From: Eledone cirrhosa
Taxonomy: Eukaryota
Reading direction: 5' to 3'
DNA length: 64,000 bases
Assembly: GCA_964016885.1 (NCBI GenBank)
Contig: OZ024740.1
Span: forward strand, 373,302,001 to 373,366,000
Positions 15,406 to 27,837 of the stretch are shown piece after piece. The position numbers and the translations under genes were made by a program. Below the pieces are notes generated by a model. That model did not search any database and was not told the origin of the DNA. It saw nothing but the letters and a program-made list of their open reading frames with translations. The stretch's first letter is position 1. Every line of letters begins with the position of its first letter.

Positions 15406-15522
15406 TACACATACATATACATACATGTACACAAACACATACATACAAATACATATGCACACATGTGTATGTGTGTAAAACTCATTCTTAGATGTATTCA
15501 TATGGACCTTGTTTAACTCTTA

Positions 15523-15525
<3 letters not shown>
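14446..15525 (-). mobile_element. Family F element, left arm (microsatellite-riddled PLE-like 3' region)
   Basis: Unique blocks 14446-14640, 15240-15345 and 15470-15525 are reverse complements of 22540-22731, 21905-21965 and 19418-19470. Confidence 0.72.
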
Positions 15526-15555
<30 letters not shown>

Positions 15556-15723
15556 TGTTATACTTTGGGAGGGTCATGTTGCCAATAAGAAACACACGCA
15601 CCAGTTGCTTTCACTTCAATTTATTATATATTTATAAATTTATAAATTTACAAATCTGCAAACTTATAAATTTCTGGTTGGTTGTTTGGTTGGTTCCACA
15701 ACCAGATAGTTGTTTATATATAT

Positions 15724-15768
15724 AGTCATAGTCCTTTCGTCACACACTCTGTGACCTCTTCAGTGACT
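15724..15768 (-). ncRNA. Type I hammerhead ribozyme motif, family C
   Basis: Reverse complement of 16502-16546. Confidence 0.85.
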
Positions 15769-16501
15769 GGGGATTCCTTTTCTTCGTTTCTGTGCCTTTT
15801 CTTTCTTCTATCCTACGCCATTTTGTTTCTGTGTGTGTCTTGTGTGCTCAGTTTGCGCATGTGCCACATCCGGGTGTCTGTGTGTGTTTGTGTTCATTTT
15901 TCTATTTGTTTATTTATTTATTGTTGGTTGGTGTTTGTTCTATGTGTGTGTGTGTTTACATTTTGTCCTGTGTGTGTTTTCATTTTGTGTGTGTTTTCAA
16001 TTGTAAGTTGTTTGTTCTATGTGTGTGTGTGTTTTCATTTTGTCCTTAATTGTAAGTTGTGATGTTGCTGTTCCACTCATATTTTCTATTTAATTTTGGT
16101 TTTAATTCTTTTATGCTTACTGCCTCTGTAATTTGCCTAAACTTACAGAGGCAGTAAGCATAAAAGAATTAAAACCAAAATTAAATAGAAAATATGAGTG
16201 GAACAGCAACATCACAACTTACAATTAAGGACAAAATGAAAACACACACATAGAACAAACAACTTACAATTGAAAACACACAGAAAATGAAAACACACAC
16301 AGGACAAAATGTAAACACACACACACTTAGAACAAACAACCAACCAACAATACATAAATAAACAAATAGAAAAATGAACACAAACACACACAGACACCCG
16401 GATGTGGCACATGCGCAAACTGAGCACACAACACACACACAGAAACAAAATGGCGTAGGATAGAAGAAAGAAAAGGCACAGAAACGAAGAAAGGAATCCC
16501 C

Positions 16502-16546
16502 AGTCACTGAAGAGGTCACAGAGTGTGTGACGAAAGGACTATGACT
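16502..16546 (+). ncRNA. Type I hammerhead ribozyme motif, family C
   Basis: AGTCA-CTGAAGA-G-GTCACA gagtg TGTGAC-GAAA-GGAC-TA-TGACT. Perfect stems I and II, minimal stem III, CUA cleavage triplet. Confidence 0.85.
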
Positions 16547-16793
16547 ATATATATAAACAACTATCTGGTTGTGGAACCAACCAACCAACCAGAAATTTAT
16601 AAGTTTGTAGATTTGTAAATTTATAAATTTATAAATATATAATACATTGAAGTGAAAGCAACTGGTGCGTGTGTTTCTTATTGGCAACATGACCCTCCCA
16701 AAGTATAACAATATCGGTTTCAACACACGATTTCAGATAAAGAATCTTGCTAAACAAATTCAGAAACGAAATATTTATATATATATATATATT

Positions 16794-16862
16794 TTTTTTT
16801 TATTTTATAGAATTAGCTTCTACGGGACTAGTACTGTTTCATTCAGATGAAATCTTCAGGAA

Positions 16863-16950
<88 letters not shown>

Positions 16951-17091
16951 GTATATATATATATATAATTCATCTGAGTGAAACAGTAGTAGTCCTGTAG
17001 AAGCTCCTTCTATAAAATAAAAATTGTTTACTCTGCCATGTATTGAGTACCTTACTTACTATTGTTATCCCCGATTCAACCCGGGACCTAC

Positions 17092-17092
<1 letters not shown>
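16794..17092. mobile_element. Family E mini inverted pair of PLE-like 3' ends around a (TA)n spacer
   Basis: 16797-16851 and 16969-17023 are reverse complements. The right arm continues about 70 bp further. Confidence 0.7.
16816..16864 (-). ncRNA. Hammerhead ribozyme motif, family E
   Basis: Minus strand: GCTTC-C-TGAAGA-T-TTCA tc TGAA-T-GAAAC-agtacta-GTC-ccgta-GAAGC, with a GUC triplet. Confidence 0.65.
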
Positions 17093-17162
<70 letters not shown>

Positions 17163-17163
17163 C

Positions 17164-17198
<35 letters not shown>

Positions 17199-17239
17199 AA
17201 ATATTTACGAAATGGAAATGCGGGTATATAGAATTTATT

Positions 17240-17348
17240 AGTTAACAATTGTTTCTATAGTGTATGAGTTACCTATACCTCGCTACTTGAATAATACACA
17301 AATATTATCAAAAACCGAAAGTACACTGTAAGCCATGTCATCAGACCT
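17240..17348 (-). ncRNA. Hammerhead-like motif with ~82-nt expanded stem II
   Basis: CTGATGA (17344-17338) and GAAA-CAATTG-TT (17255-17244). The insert contains an AGTGTA/TACACT pairing and an internal hairpin. Confidence 0.55.
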
Positions 17349-17758
17349 TTGTATTAGAATGATATGAAAATATTTTATACACTAGATAAAAGATAAAGAA
17401 GGAGGTAGGAAGAGAAGGGGAAGAGGGAAGTGAGTAAGGTGGAGGGAGTCTTAGGGTTTAAGACTGTCAGACTAGTAGAGATTGTGAAGAGAGAATGTTT
17501 TGGCAGCAGTTAGCTTAATGAGGCGTGCACAGGTTGGCTGGGAGGTAGATTCTTCTAGTGGTGTTGTTCGGACAAAATTTAGTTAGAGAGGTCAAAGTAG
17601 TACAGTGTCACAGACAAGTTATTAGGGCTATTATAGTAGCAGGTTATTTCTAAAGTGGTCCAGAAAAACAGTGTTTAGTACTATTATTATAGAAAGCCAT
17701 ATCTAGTGTATAAACATATAAGACAGAAATTTGCAAACGTTGGTGTAAAAAGGTAACA

Positions 17759-18952
17759 TTATATGCATTTAAAAAAAGAAAAAGTCGTTTTCAAACGATG
17801 GTTACAATATAGAGAACGTTCAATTTTGCTGTTCAAAAGTTTGTTTACCGACGTTAAAATGCAGTATATCTCTAAATTGCATAACTTGCAGAATCGATGA
17901 TTTTGCTGATATGCAGGCGCAGCTGCAATAATTTGCCAATCAAGGGAGAACGCTTGATTGTTCCTCCGAAGCTGCCAGGCTTTATCGGCGAGAGTTGTTA
18001 CGGAGCGCATTTTCTCGTGCCTGATCGAAGATCGATGTTGGTATAGGCGAGCCTTGAAAGAAGTTGCGGTACATCCTACGTAATACCATTTGTTGGTCCC
18101 GGAATTTATTGTACACCGGTAGACAATATTGCGTGCTAGGCACTGGTTATTCAGTGGGCACATACCTGGTTTGGTGCAGTTACAACTATTTTTATGTTTT
18201 GCAGTAGAATCCTGGATAGTTTGGTGGGGTTGTGGTTGCGTGTTAGTGCGTTGTATGTTGCTATGCTGGTGCGCTGAGTCATTAGGGATGTACTTATTCA
18301 GTATTGCTGAGTTGAGTTTTCTAATTAGTTGTTCTATGTTAGGTGCAGTGGAGTATGAGAGTCTAATGGTGCGCGAGTTAAAGATTATAGTATTTATGTG
18401 AAGTTGTAAAGTGTTTATTGATTAGTGTATAGAATTGTGAGATAATCTTAGTGCTAATAGAAGAATTGTACACGGGGTTATACCCTATGTACTCTCTACG
18501 TCTGACTCTATTTGCTGGTTTGCACCTGTCAGTATGCCTATTGATGTGTGTGTGTGGTGCAATACTAGTTCGACTTAGATGTGATTTATTCATAGTACTT
18601 ATGTGGTTATCGTCTAGATATTCAATTTTCTCGCAGTAACCAGCTTTTCTAGGTGCGTCATTATAATATTCAGCATGCTCGTTGAAGGTCTGCAAATTAG
18701 ACGACAGTCGGGAGATCCTTATGGATATATTTTTAGGGATAGATTTAATAATGGAATGAGGATGGTTCGATTTTACATTAACGTACTTAAGATTTTCATT
18801 AAGTTTGTGACATGGCTCTATATTACCGTTATTAAGGTTGAAGGTGACATCCAAGAAGTTGACCACCTTAAGATTGTGTTCAAAGGTAATATTAAGCCCT
18901 AGTTCTAAGAAAAGTTTCCTAATGTTTTTACGTCGCCTTTCTAGGTTTTGTT

Positions 18953-18953
<1 letters not shown>
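17759..18953 (-). pseudogene. PLE RT C-terminus + GIY-YIG endonuclease remnant
   Basis: ORFs 18378-19079 (N-terminus is microsatellite) and 17759-18163, joined by a frameshifted linker. Confidence 0.85.
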
Positions 18954-19040
<87 letters not shown>

Positions 19041-19340
19041 TACATACACACACATACACACATATATATAGGAAAACAATGTTATTATGTATGTATATGC
19101 GTAATTATATACGGTGATTTAATGCTTATTTTCATTGAACATTTGCTCCAAGAACTTGTTGAGTGGTCCAAATCAGCTATAAACATGTATACCCTTTTCT
19201 AATTATTTATTTATTTATTATTTGTCGTATTCCCAACTTTTTATTTTTATATATATATAATATTTATGTATTTTCTTATATATATATATATGAGTGTGTG
19301 TGTATGTATGTGTGTGTATGTGTATATATATATGTGTGTG

Positions 19341-19401
<61 letters not shown>

Positions 19402-19541
19402 ATATATATATATATATATTTAAGAGTTAAACAAGTTTCATATGAATACGTCTAAGAATGAGTTTTACACACTTACATATGTGTGCATATGTATTTGTAT
19501 GTATGTGTTCGTGTATATGTATATATATGTATGTGTATATA

Positions 19542-19601
<60 letters not shown>

Positions 19602-19804
19602 TATACTTGGGGAGGGTCATCTTGTGTAATATTGCCAGAATTAATAACAGAACACACTCACTGTTAGGTTGGTTTTCGCTTCTCGCTTCTGTGTCTTTTA
19701 TATCGGTAATCTAACTTACTCGGACCTCAATGTTTCCATTGACTGACCGACGGTCAAAAATAATACAGATACAATATAGACACAAACACATATATATAGT
19801 TTAT

Positions 19805-19846
19805 CATAAATCTTTCGTTGCACATCTGCAACATCGTCAGTGGTGT
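19805..19846 (-). ncRNA. Hammerhead-like motif, family B
   Basis: Identical core CTGACGATGTTGCAGATGTGCAACGAAAGATTTA. Confidence 0.68.
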
Positions 19847-21454
19847 TATCGTTTCCTCCTGTTGTATTGTATGTCTACGCCATTTTTATTCAGTCTGTCT
19901 ATATATTTATTTATTTATTAGCTTATTTGTTTATTATATTTTGTCTTCTTTGCGGATGCGTTTGCGTGTGTGTGTAGTGTTTTGTGATGGGTGACTAGTG
20001 TGTGTTTATGTGCTTGTTGTTATTGTGCTTGTGTATGCATTTATTTATTTATTTATTTTATTTTATTTACTTATTTATACTTCTCTTAGGTCAGTGTTGT
20101 TTGTTTGCGTGTTGGTATTCCATTCATGCTTTCTGTTTAGTCTTGGTCTTCTAATTTCTATTTCACTGGCCTCTCTGATTTGCCTATCTGCTGGGTCATT
20201 TCTATGTTTGGATATTATTCTAATTTCTATGTTGTCTATGTTACCGTCATGTTGTTGTCTAGCATGTTCGTATAGTACTGACCCGTTTTTTCGTCCTTTT
20301 AGTTCCCACCAGTGTTGGTCTATCCTTTCACCTATGCTACGAGCTGTCTCACCTGTGTATGTTGTTGTCATGTTTCTGCAAGTAACCTCTGTACATCTTA
20401 TGCTATAGACTACGTGCGACCCAACAGAAATGGAAAGACACATCCAACACTTTATCCACCGCATGCAGTTATCTGGTTACAACAAAAGAGACAGAGTCAG
20501 AGTATACGAAGGAGCCATGGAGAAGTATAAGACCCTCATAGAACTGGACATGAAAGGAATTTGCCCATTATACAGGAGCAAATCATGGAATAGCTTAGAT
20601 AGGGCTAGACATAAGATAGGGAAAGCCACCTCATGGTACGACAACCAGAGAGATCATAGTGTCATGTTTGTGGACGCTACCCCTGGAGGAAAATTACTAA
20701 CCTGTGTAGAAAGGCCCTGAGAAAGACCCACTTAAAAATTAAGGTGGTAGAAAAGCCAGGAACCACCATAAAATCCCTGATCAGCAAAACCTACCCTTTT
20801 AAGAAAACCCACCGTACCAATAGGACATGTATCATATGTAAGGTAAACCCCCGGATAAACCCTAAAACTAGAAACGTAGTCTATAGCATAAGATGTACAG
20901 CGGGTACTTGCAGAAACATGACAACAACATACATAGGTGAGACAGCTCGGAGCATAGGTGAAAGGATAGACCAGCACTGGGGGGAACTAAAAGGACGAAA
21001 AAACGGGTCAGTACTATACGAACATGCTAGACAACAACATGACGGTAACATAGACAGCATAGAAATTAGAATAATATCTAAACATAGAAATGACCCAGCA
21101 GATAGGCAAATCAGAGAGGCCAGTGAAATAGAAATTAGAAGACCAAGACTAAACAGAAAGCACGAATGGAATAACAACAACACGCAAACAAACAACACTG
21201 ACCTAAGTGAAGTATAAATAAGTAAATAAAATAAAATAAATAAATAAATAAATGCATACACAAGCACAATAACAACAAGCACATAAACACACACTAGTCA
21301 CCCATCACACAGCAAACAAAACACTACACAAACACGCAAACGCATGCGCAAAGAAGAGAAAATAAAATAAACAAACAAGCAAATAAATAAATAAATATAT
21401 AGACAGACTGAATAAAAATGGCGTAGACATACAATACAACAGGAGGAAACGATA

Positions 21455-21496
21455 ACACCACTGACGATGTTGCAGATGTGCAACGAAAGATTTATG
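21455..21496 (+). ncRNA. Hammerhead-like motif, family B
   Basis: Identical core CTGACGATGTTGCAGATGTGCAACGAAAGATTTA. Confidence 0.68.
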
Positions 21497-21673
21497 ATAA
21501 ACTATATATATGTGTTTGTGTCCATATTGTATCTGTTTTATTTTTGACCGTCGGTCAGTCAATGGCAATATTGAGGAACGAGTGAGTTAGATTATTACAC
21601 AAATATAACCCTCCCCAAGTATAACAATATTTGTTTCGACACACGATTTCATATTAAAAAAAACCTCGTAAAA

Positions 21674-21788
<115 letters not shown>

Positions 21789-21980
21789 GTGTGTATGTAT
21801 ATGTATACGTGTATGTATGTGTATATGTAGATGTATGTGAGTGTATGTATTTAGTTTTACGTATGTATGTGTATGTGCAATTGTGTGTATTGCTTACCAC
21901 GTGTGTTTGTTCATTTATTTGTTGCCTGTATCGCTGTCAACTTTATAATACTTTTTATATTCATTGTTATTCTTATGTGA

Positions 21981-22163
21981 CGGTGTGGATTGGCAGTATC
22001 GGTAGAGGGCCGGACGCCATGCTTTCAAGCATAGTTACGTCCTTTTACGATCTGAGTTCAAATCCCGCCGAGGTTGACTTTGCCTTTCATCCTTACAGGG
22101 TCGATAAAATAAAGTACCAGTAATGCACTGGGTAATTGCTGGCCTTGTGCCTAATGTAGAAAC
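21981..22163 (+). mobile_element. SINE S1
   Basis: Matches the consensus. Absent from the homologous position in the left F arm (about 15270). Confidence 0.9.
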
Positions 22164-22796
22164 AGGTATTTTTATTATTATACTTTTTTTAATAATTATT
22201 TTTGCGTGTGTAGGTGTGTGTACATTTATCTATATTTGTGCATGCGTATGTATGAGTGTATATATGTGTGTATGCATGTGTGTGTATGTACGTTTGTATA
22301 TATATGTATGATAGATTGTATGTATGTATATATATAAATATATATATATATATGAATGTGTGTGTGCGTGTTTGTGTATTTGTGTATTTGTGTGTATGTA
22401 TGGATATATTGATATGTATGTGTGTATGTATGTGTATATGTATGTGTATGTATATATACATATATATATATATGTGTGTGTATGTGTATGTGTATATATA
22501 TATATGTGTGTGTGTATGTAATTGTGTCTGTGTGTGCGTGTGTGTTCATTTTTCCTTTCCTTCTTCCTTTTCCAGCCTCACTTTCATATAGATTATATTT
22601 TTGTTTTTAAATCCAATGTCAATAAATACACCAGGATTTTTTCATTCTGATGATTGAAAGCAAAATGTGTTTGCTTTTAAGAAACCACTGGTAAATTAAA
22701 TAATTGCCTTATGTTGTTTAATACATAACTATTAAGCTCTGTAACCTACATAGTGCACTCTTTTTTCCTGGACCTTTCCGACGGAATTACTTCATT

Positions 22797-22830
<34 letters not shown>

Positions 22831-22837
22831 GATATAT

Positions 22838-23514
22838 ATATGAGAACAATGGAGAACTGCGTGGTTGCATATGGATTACATATGAATAGAATTACTTCTT
22901 CATCAGTAATCTTCCAACTTTAATTGGTATTTCATCGGTTTAAAAATCATATACCTCTAATCGGTACGAGCAACTCAATAAAGTTATTGGGACAAGTAAA
23001 ATAGGGTGAAACGAGCGAGACATGTAAACAAACAACGATGGTATTGTAACGGTCAGATAGGAAGAAACAAGTACATTATGTCTGTAATCTTAAGCTTGGT
23101 AAATTCATGGACGAGAGATACAGAAAATACGACATGGGTGAGATGTGAGCGAGAAAAGGATTTTACACAGGTCAAACGGGAGGAAGTGAGAGAGGGGTAG
23201 AAGCAGAGAGTGAGTGTGTGGAAGTGTGAGGAAGAGACCAGCCGAGAGTGTGACTGGCGGAGAGGGTAAAAAGAAGGTGAGATATACAGAGAGAGGGGAA
23301 GCAATAAGAAAGAAACAGACAATCGCAGCTGAGGAAAAAATATAAATATGAGAAAAATGGAGTGCTGCGTGGTTGCACATGGTTTATATATGAATAAAAT
23401 TAGTCCATCATCAGTGATTTTCCAACTTTCATTGGTATTTCATCGCTTTAAATGTCATATATCTCTAGTTGGTGCGGGCAATAACTCAATAACGTTATTG
23501 GGACAAGTAAAATA

Positions 23515-23516
<2 letters not shown>
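22838..23516. repeat. Non-coding ~508-bp unit with ~168-bp terminal direct repeat
   Basis: 22838-23005 is imperfectly repeated at 23346-23516. (TA)n on both sides. Confidence 0.75.
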
Positions 23517-23576
<60 letters not shown>

Positions 23577-23595
23577 TATTTTACTGTATATATAT

Positions 23596-23651
23596 AGTCC
23601 AGAATTAGCCGTCGAAACGGCTTGAGCTCACCCGTCGGGGTCCTACTCGTT

Positions 23652-23655
<4 letters not shown>
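23596..23655 (+). mobile_element. Solo short 3' end of PLE family D (3' half of HHR)
   Basis: AGTCCAGAATTAGCCGTCGAAACGGCTTGAGCTCACCCGTCGGGG matches 62748-62792. Confidence 0.65.
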
Positions 23656-23698
<43 letters not shown>

Positions 23699-24013
23699 CT
23701 AAATATAAGTAGGTATACGTACATAACATATATGAATACAGACGTAGAGTAGTATGTATATACATACGTACATGCACACAGTTATATATGTACGTATGGG
23801 TTTACCGAACATTTATTATAATGCTCGGTTTGTTAAACCCATACTTACACATATATATATATATATATGTGTGCATGTATGTATGTATATACATACTACT
23901 GTACGGCTGTATACATATATGTATGTACGTATACATACTTATATTTAAGTATTAGCCGTACTAAGAGTGATAAATGAAATTTCATGTTTCCATATATATA
24001 TTTATATATATAG

Positions 24014-24198
<185 letters not shown>

Positions 24199-24256
24199 GG
24201 ATCGATTGAATTTCGTCATATATATAATAATAAGTATTATTATTATTGTTATTAAG

Positions 24257-24445
24257 GGCGGTGGATTGGCAGAATCGGTAGAGGGTCGGACGCCATGCTT
24301 TGACGTATAGAGTTACGGTTCTAGCTATTCTGAGTTCAAATTCCGCCAAGGTTAACTTTGCCTTTCATCCTTACAGGGTCGATAAAATAAAATACCAGTT
24401 ATGCACTGGTTAATTGCTGGCCTTGTGCCAAACGTAGAAACAATT
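24257..24445 (+). mobile_element. SINE S1
   Basis: Matches the consensus; (TTA)n tail. Confidence 0.9.
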
Positions 24446-26219
24446 ATTATTGTTATTATTACTATTAAAAGATCGCAGTCCATAATCTCTTGATTGTTAT
24501 TTGTTTAAAACTCCGTTATATACATTCCCCTCAAGACTATCAGTGTTGATAACCTGAGATCTTCACACGGTAAAACCAATAAAATCTTGAAAACATGGTA
24601 AACCTTCCTAATCAAATCTTTAAATTAAAACAGAGATCCAAAATGTCTTTAAAAATGGATTTTCTTGATACAGGGAATGGACGAACTTGTGGTGATGTTT
24701 CTTCGATGCCCGGCACCTGTATGGCCCTGAGAATTTCGTCATAAGTGCTGGTCAGCTCCGATCTTACGGAACTATCGACTGATGTTTAGTGTAGGAAGTC
24801 ATCAAAGTAACTAAATAAGCTAGAGACCGTTCCGCCTCCAATCTGTCAGTCAGTAGTTGTTATGGTAGTAGTGACAGCTGTACGGAGAGCACGACGGCCT
24901 TCGCCGACAAACCTACCAGTTATCGGTCCTACATTATCAGCTTACAATGACCAGCTTGTCTGCAGACGACGTCTGCATCTATCACAAAATGCAACAGGTT
25001 ACCACAGGAGAAAGTGTTGTATCCCAAATAGAAATATTATCACTTTGGAGCGGAAGAACTTGATGTCACCTGGCCTTCCACCATCCACTCGGTCCCAACC
25101 CAAATGTTCAAGCTTAGATTTCATACCTACTTAATGAGCTGGTTGAGTGCATCATGACCTGGAATGTGACAATCTCTCTAACAGCATAGCAGTGGGTGAA
25201 GCTGGAAAGCATGAACTGTGGATGCACCGTGTGGTTTGTGTTGCTGACCGTTCCCATGATTGAGCTTCAGTGAAACAATAATGTGCAGGCATTCATAAGC
25301 CAGACGTCGCAGTGAGGATGGAACGCTGAATGATAATGTATCACTTGCTTTGGGGAAAGTGAACAAAAGGTGAAACTGGACATCCACTGAGGTTACTCCA
25401 GGCCGCATAGGCGGCCAATCATCATTTGATCACCTGAGGTGGTGCATGCCATGAAGACATTAGCATCGTAGTTTAAGTTATTCTTAATTTTAACGTGTAT
25501 TTTTATCTTTTGATACGTTTTATCTCATTTTATTATCATTTTTAGTTTTGATTTACTCGTATTTCATCTGAATTTAGATAAGTTTCCTTTCCTTATTTTC
25601 CGTCTCCTCTTCTTGTTCTTGCTGTACAATTTTATTGAGATTCTCTGGTCGCCTATCACACCATCGCTTTCATATTACTACACAACACAGACGGTTCAAG
25701 CATGTAAACACACACACACACACATATACACATACACGAAGTAACTCGCAAGAACACATACAATAGTTCATGTACACACTCCTAAGTATATTTTCACGCG
25801 TTGTCAGACATTAGGAATGAAAATACACATACATATACACGCACATATTAATATAATGCAACTCATCCGAACACCTACCAGTCCCGGGTATTCTACCACC
25901 TAGTCTACATGCACACACAAACACACCCATATACACACACACACACACACATACACACACACACACACACACGCGCTGGATGATATATGTTCTTATCCGT
26001 CCAACATAACTCTCGTTATAAATTCCCCTTTCTCTGTTTATATTTCAACCTCCCATCTTACTCGGTCCCATAACATTAGATATTCACGATGAAGGAATTA
26101 CGTCCAATAATTTGAAGCAGCTCTTTCCTTTTCATGCGAGAGGGAAACTGATCACTTTGCGTAATTCTTCTCTATGTATGTGGTCTTGGTTAACTTTGAA
26201 CTATATATATATATATAAA

Positions 26220-26264
26220 TATTGTTATACATTGGGAGGGCTATGCTGCCAATTCAAAAACGAA

Positions 26265-26266
<2 letters not shown>
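26220..26266 (-). mobile_element. Solo ~45-bp terminus of a B/C-related PLE
   Basis: ATTGTTATACATTGGGAGGGCTATGCTGCCAAT resembles the family C terminus ATTGTTATACTTTGGGAGGGTCATGTTGCCAAT. Lies between (TA)n tracts. Confidence 0.55.
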
Positions 26267-26336
<70 letters not shown>

Positions 26337-26459
26337 TGGTAGAACACAGGAAGGTAATATCCGTAGTGATAGAGCAGTCAGTCCATGGGACGAGTTAGGT
26401 AGAAGTGGTTACACAACAGTTAGTTCACCATCCCGAGAACAATTGTTTCATCTTAGCGG

Positions 26460-26584
26460 ATTACGATCTGAGTCCAAATCCCGCCGAGCTTGACTTTGCC
26501 TTTCATACTTACGGGGTCGATATCATAAAGTACAAGTAAAGCACTGTGTAATTGCTGGCCTTGTGCCTAAAGTAGAAACAATTA
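26460..26584 (+). mobile_element. SINE S1, 5'-truncated
   Basis: Matches the consensus from the B-box to the tail. Confidence 0.85.
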
Positions 26585-27560
26585 TTACATAAACAATCTA
26601 TATTAAGAACAATGAGAAGCGGACAATAAAAAAAAAATACTGATTGTTAATTGATATGGACAGGGAATAATTGACGAATAACTGGAATGAAATCCATAAA
26701 GTGATATATGTTTAAGCGCATTAGTGATATTTCCAGCAAACAATAATTTAAAAAACAAGATTGAAACATATTTTAAAAATCCTATCAACATATCACACAG
26801 TTACATACGTGATTAATTAACAATGTTTCTCTTACATGTTACATCTTTCAAATTCCCAGAGATCATATAATTCCCTGCTAGGAGAGGCATAATGAAAAAA
26901 AAATTGGTTTGACGATTAACGAGAAAAAATCTCAAATAATACATCCACAGATCTATAATCTAAACATTGTGGTTTCATACCAATATAAATACCGGTATTC
27001 TGAAAGATATAACACCCTACAATGAGTAACTCAATTTCAAAACCGAGGTCTTCCTTAATGGAATACATTTTAAAACATATTTGCTTTCATTAACTGAAAC
27101 CATTTAAACACTCGGCAAACTGCGAGAACATTTATATTTTCTGCTATAATATTCGACTTCTATATCAATGTAGCATTTACTAACGGTAGAAAAAGAGGCA
27201 CACTTATGAAATTGTTTTATTTTGCTATTCAATTCAATATTTCCTCTCACCAATATTCAGAATTTACGGCGTCAGTATATATGAATATATGTCGTATATG
27301 TATATGCGTGTACGAATGATAGAAACACATATTTTCAATTATTCGAGGATAGAAATGTATGTTTAATATTAGCACAATTAACCACCCTGCCAAATTTATT
27401 CTCATACATTACAACTTGACTCTCGGTGAGTAACGTGAGTGGCATTTCTCAGGACATTGTCCTAAAGAGCCATTGTTATACATATACATATATGTACATG
27501 TGTGTGCATATAGATAGATGAGTAGATAGACAAAAAGCACACACACGTACGCACACACTC

Positions 27561-27615
<55 letters not shown>

Positions 27616-27837
27616 ATTTCGTATTTCTAAAGAAATATGATATGTTTACAGGTAAACATTTAGAAAGCTGTAGCTATTTCATCTTATGAGCGACCCAGAC
27701 GTATGTTAATATTGTCTAGGGTTCTGAAACCTTTGGTAATGGATTAGGTATATTCTGTTGTTTACTTTATAATTAAATAACTCTGTATTATACATGGAGC
27801 ACTCTTTTCTCCTTTGCTTTTTCTTCGGAAATACTTA

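Larger units (their letters stand above)
15554..16771. mobile_element. PLE family C: ~1.2-kb near-perfect palindrome (minus arm 15554-16141, plus arm 16143-16771)
   Basis: Each arm starts with a GIY-YIG C-terminus, (RQI)TEAVSIKELKPKLNRKYEWN*, homologous to family B RQIREASEIEIRRPKLNRKNEWN. Each arm then has an HHR and a terminus shared with family B. Confidence 0.9.
17197..18953 (-). mobile_element. Penelope-like element, probably Hydra clade, 5'-truncated
   Basis: VVNFLDVTFNL, YVNVKSNHPHSIIKSIPKNISIRISRLSS, NSRTIRLSYSTAPN, linker CNCTKPGMCPLNNQC (CxCx5C), NIVY..YYVG and C-terminal CKLC..LLN..E..CNH. One frameshift near 18380; (TA)n on both sides. The clade name is from recalled motifs. Confidence 0.88.

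Noticed and set aside
15682-16726. Cys/Val/Phe-rich membrane-like ORFs (126 and 181 aa)
   Set aside because: They are antisense readings of the low-complexity family C UTR in both arms.
24640-25460. GC-richer segment with short ORFs
   Set aside because: No recognisable protein motif or splice structure; probably an old repeat that I cannot classify.
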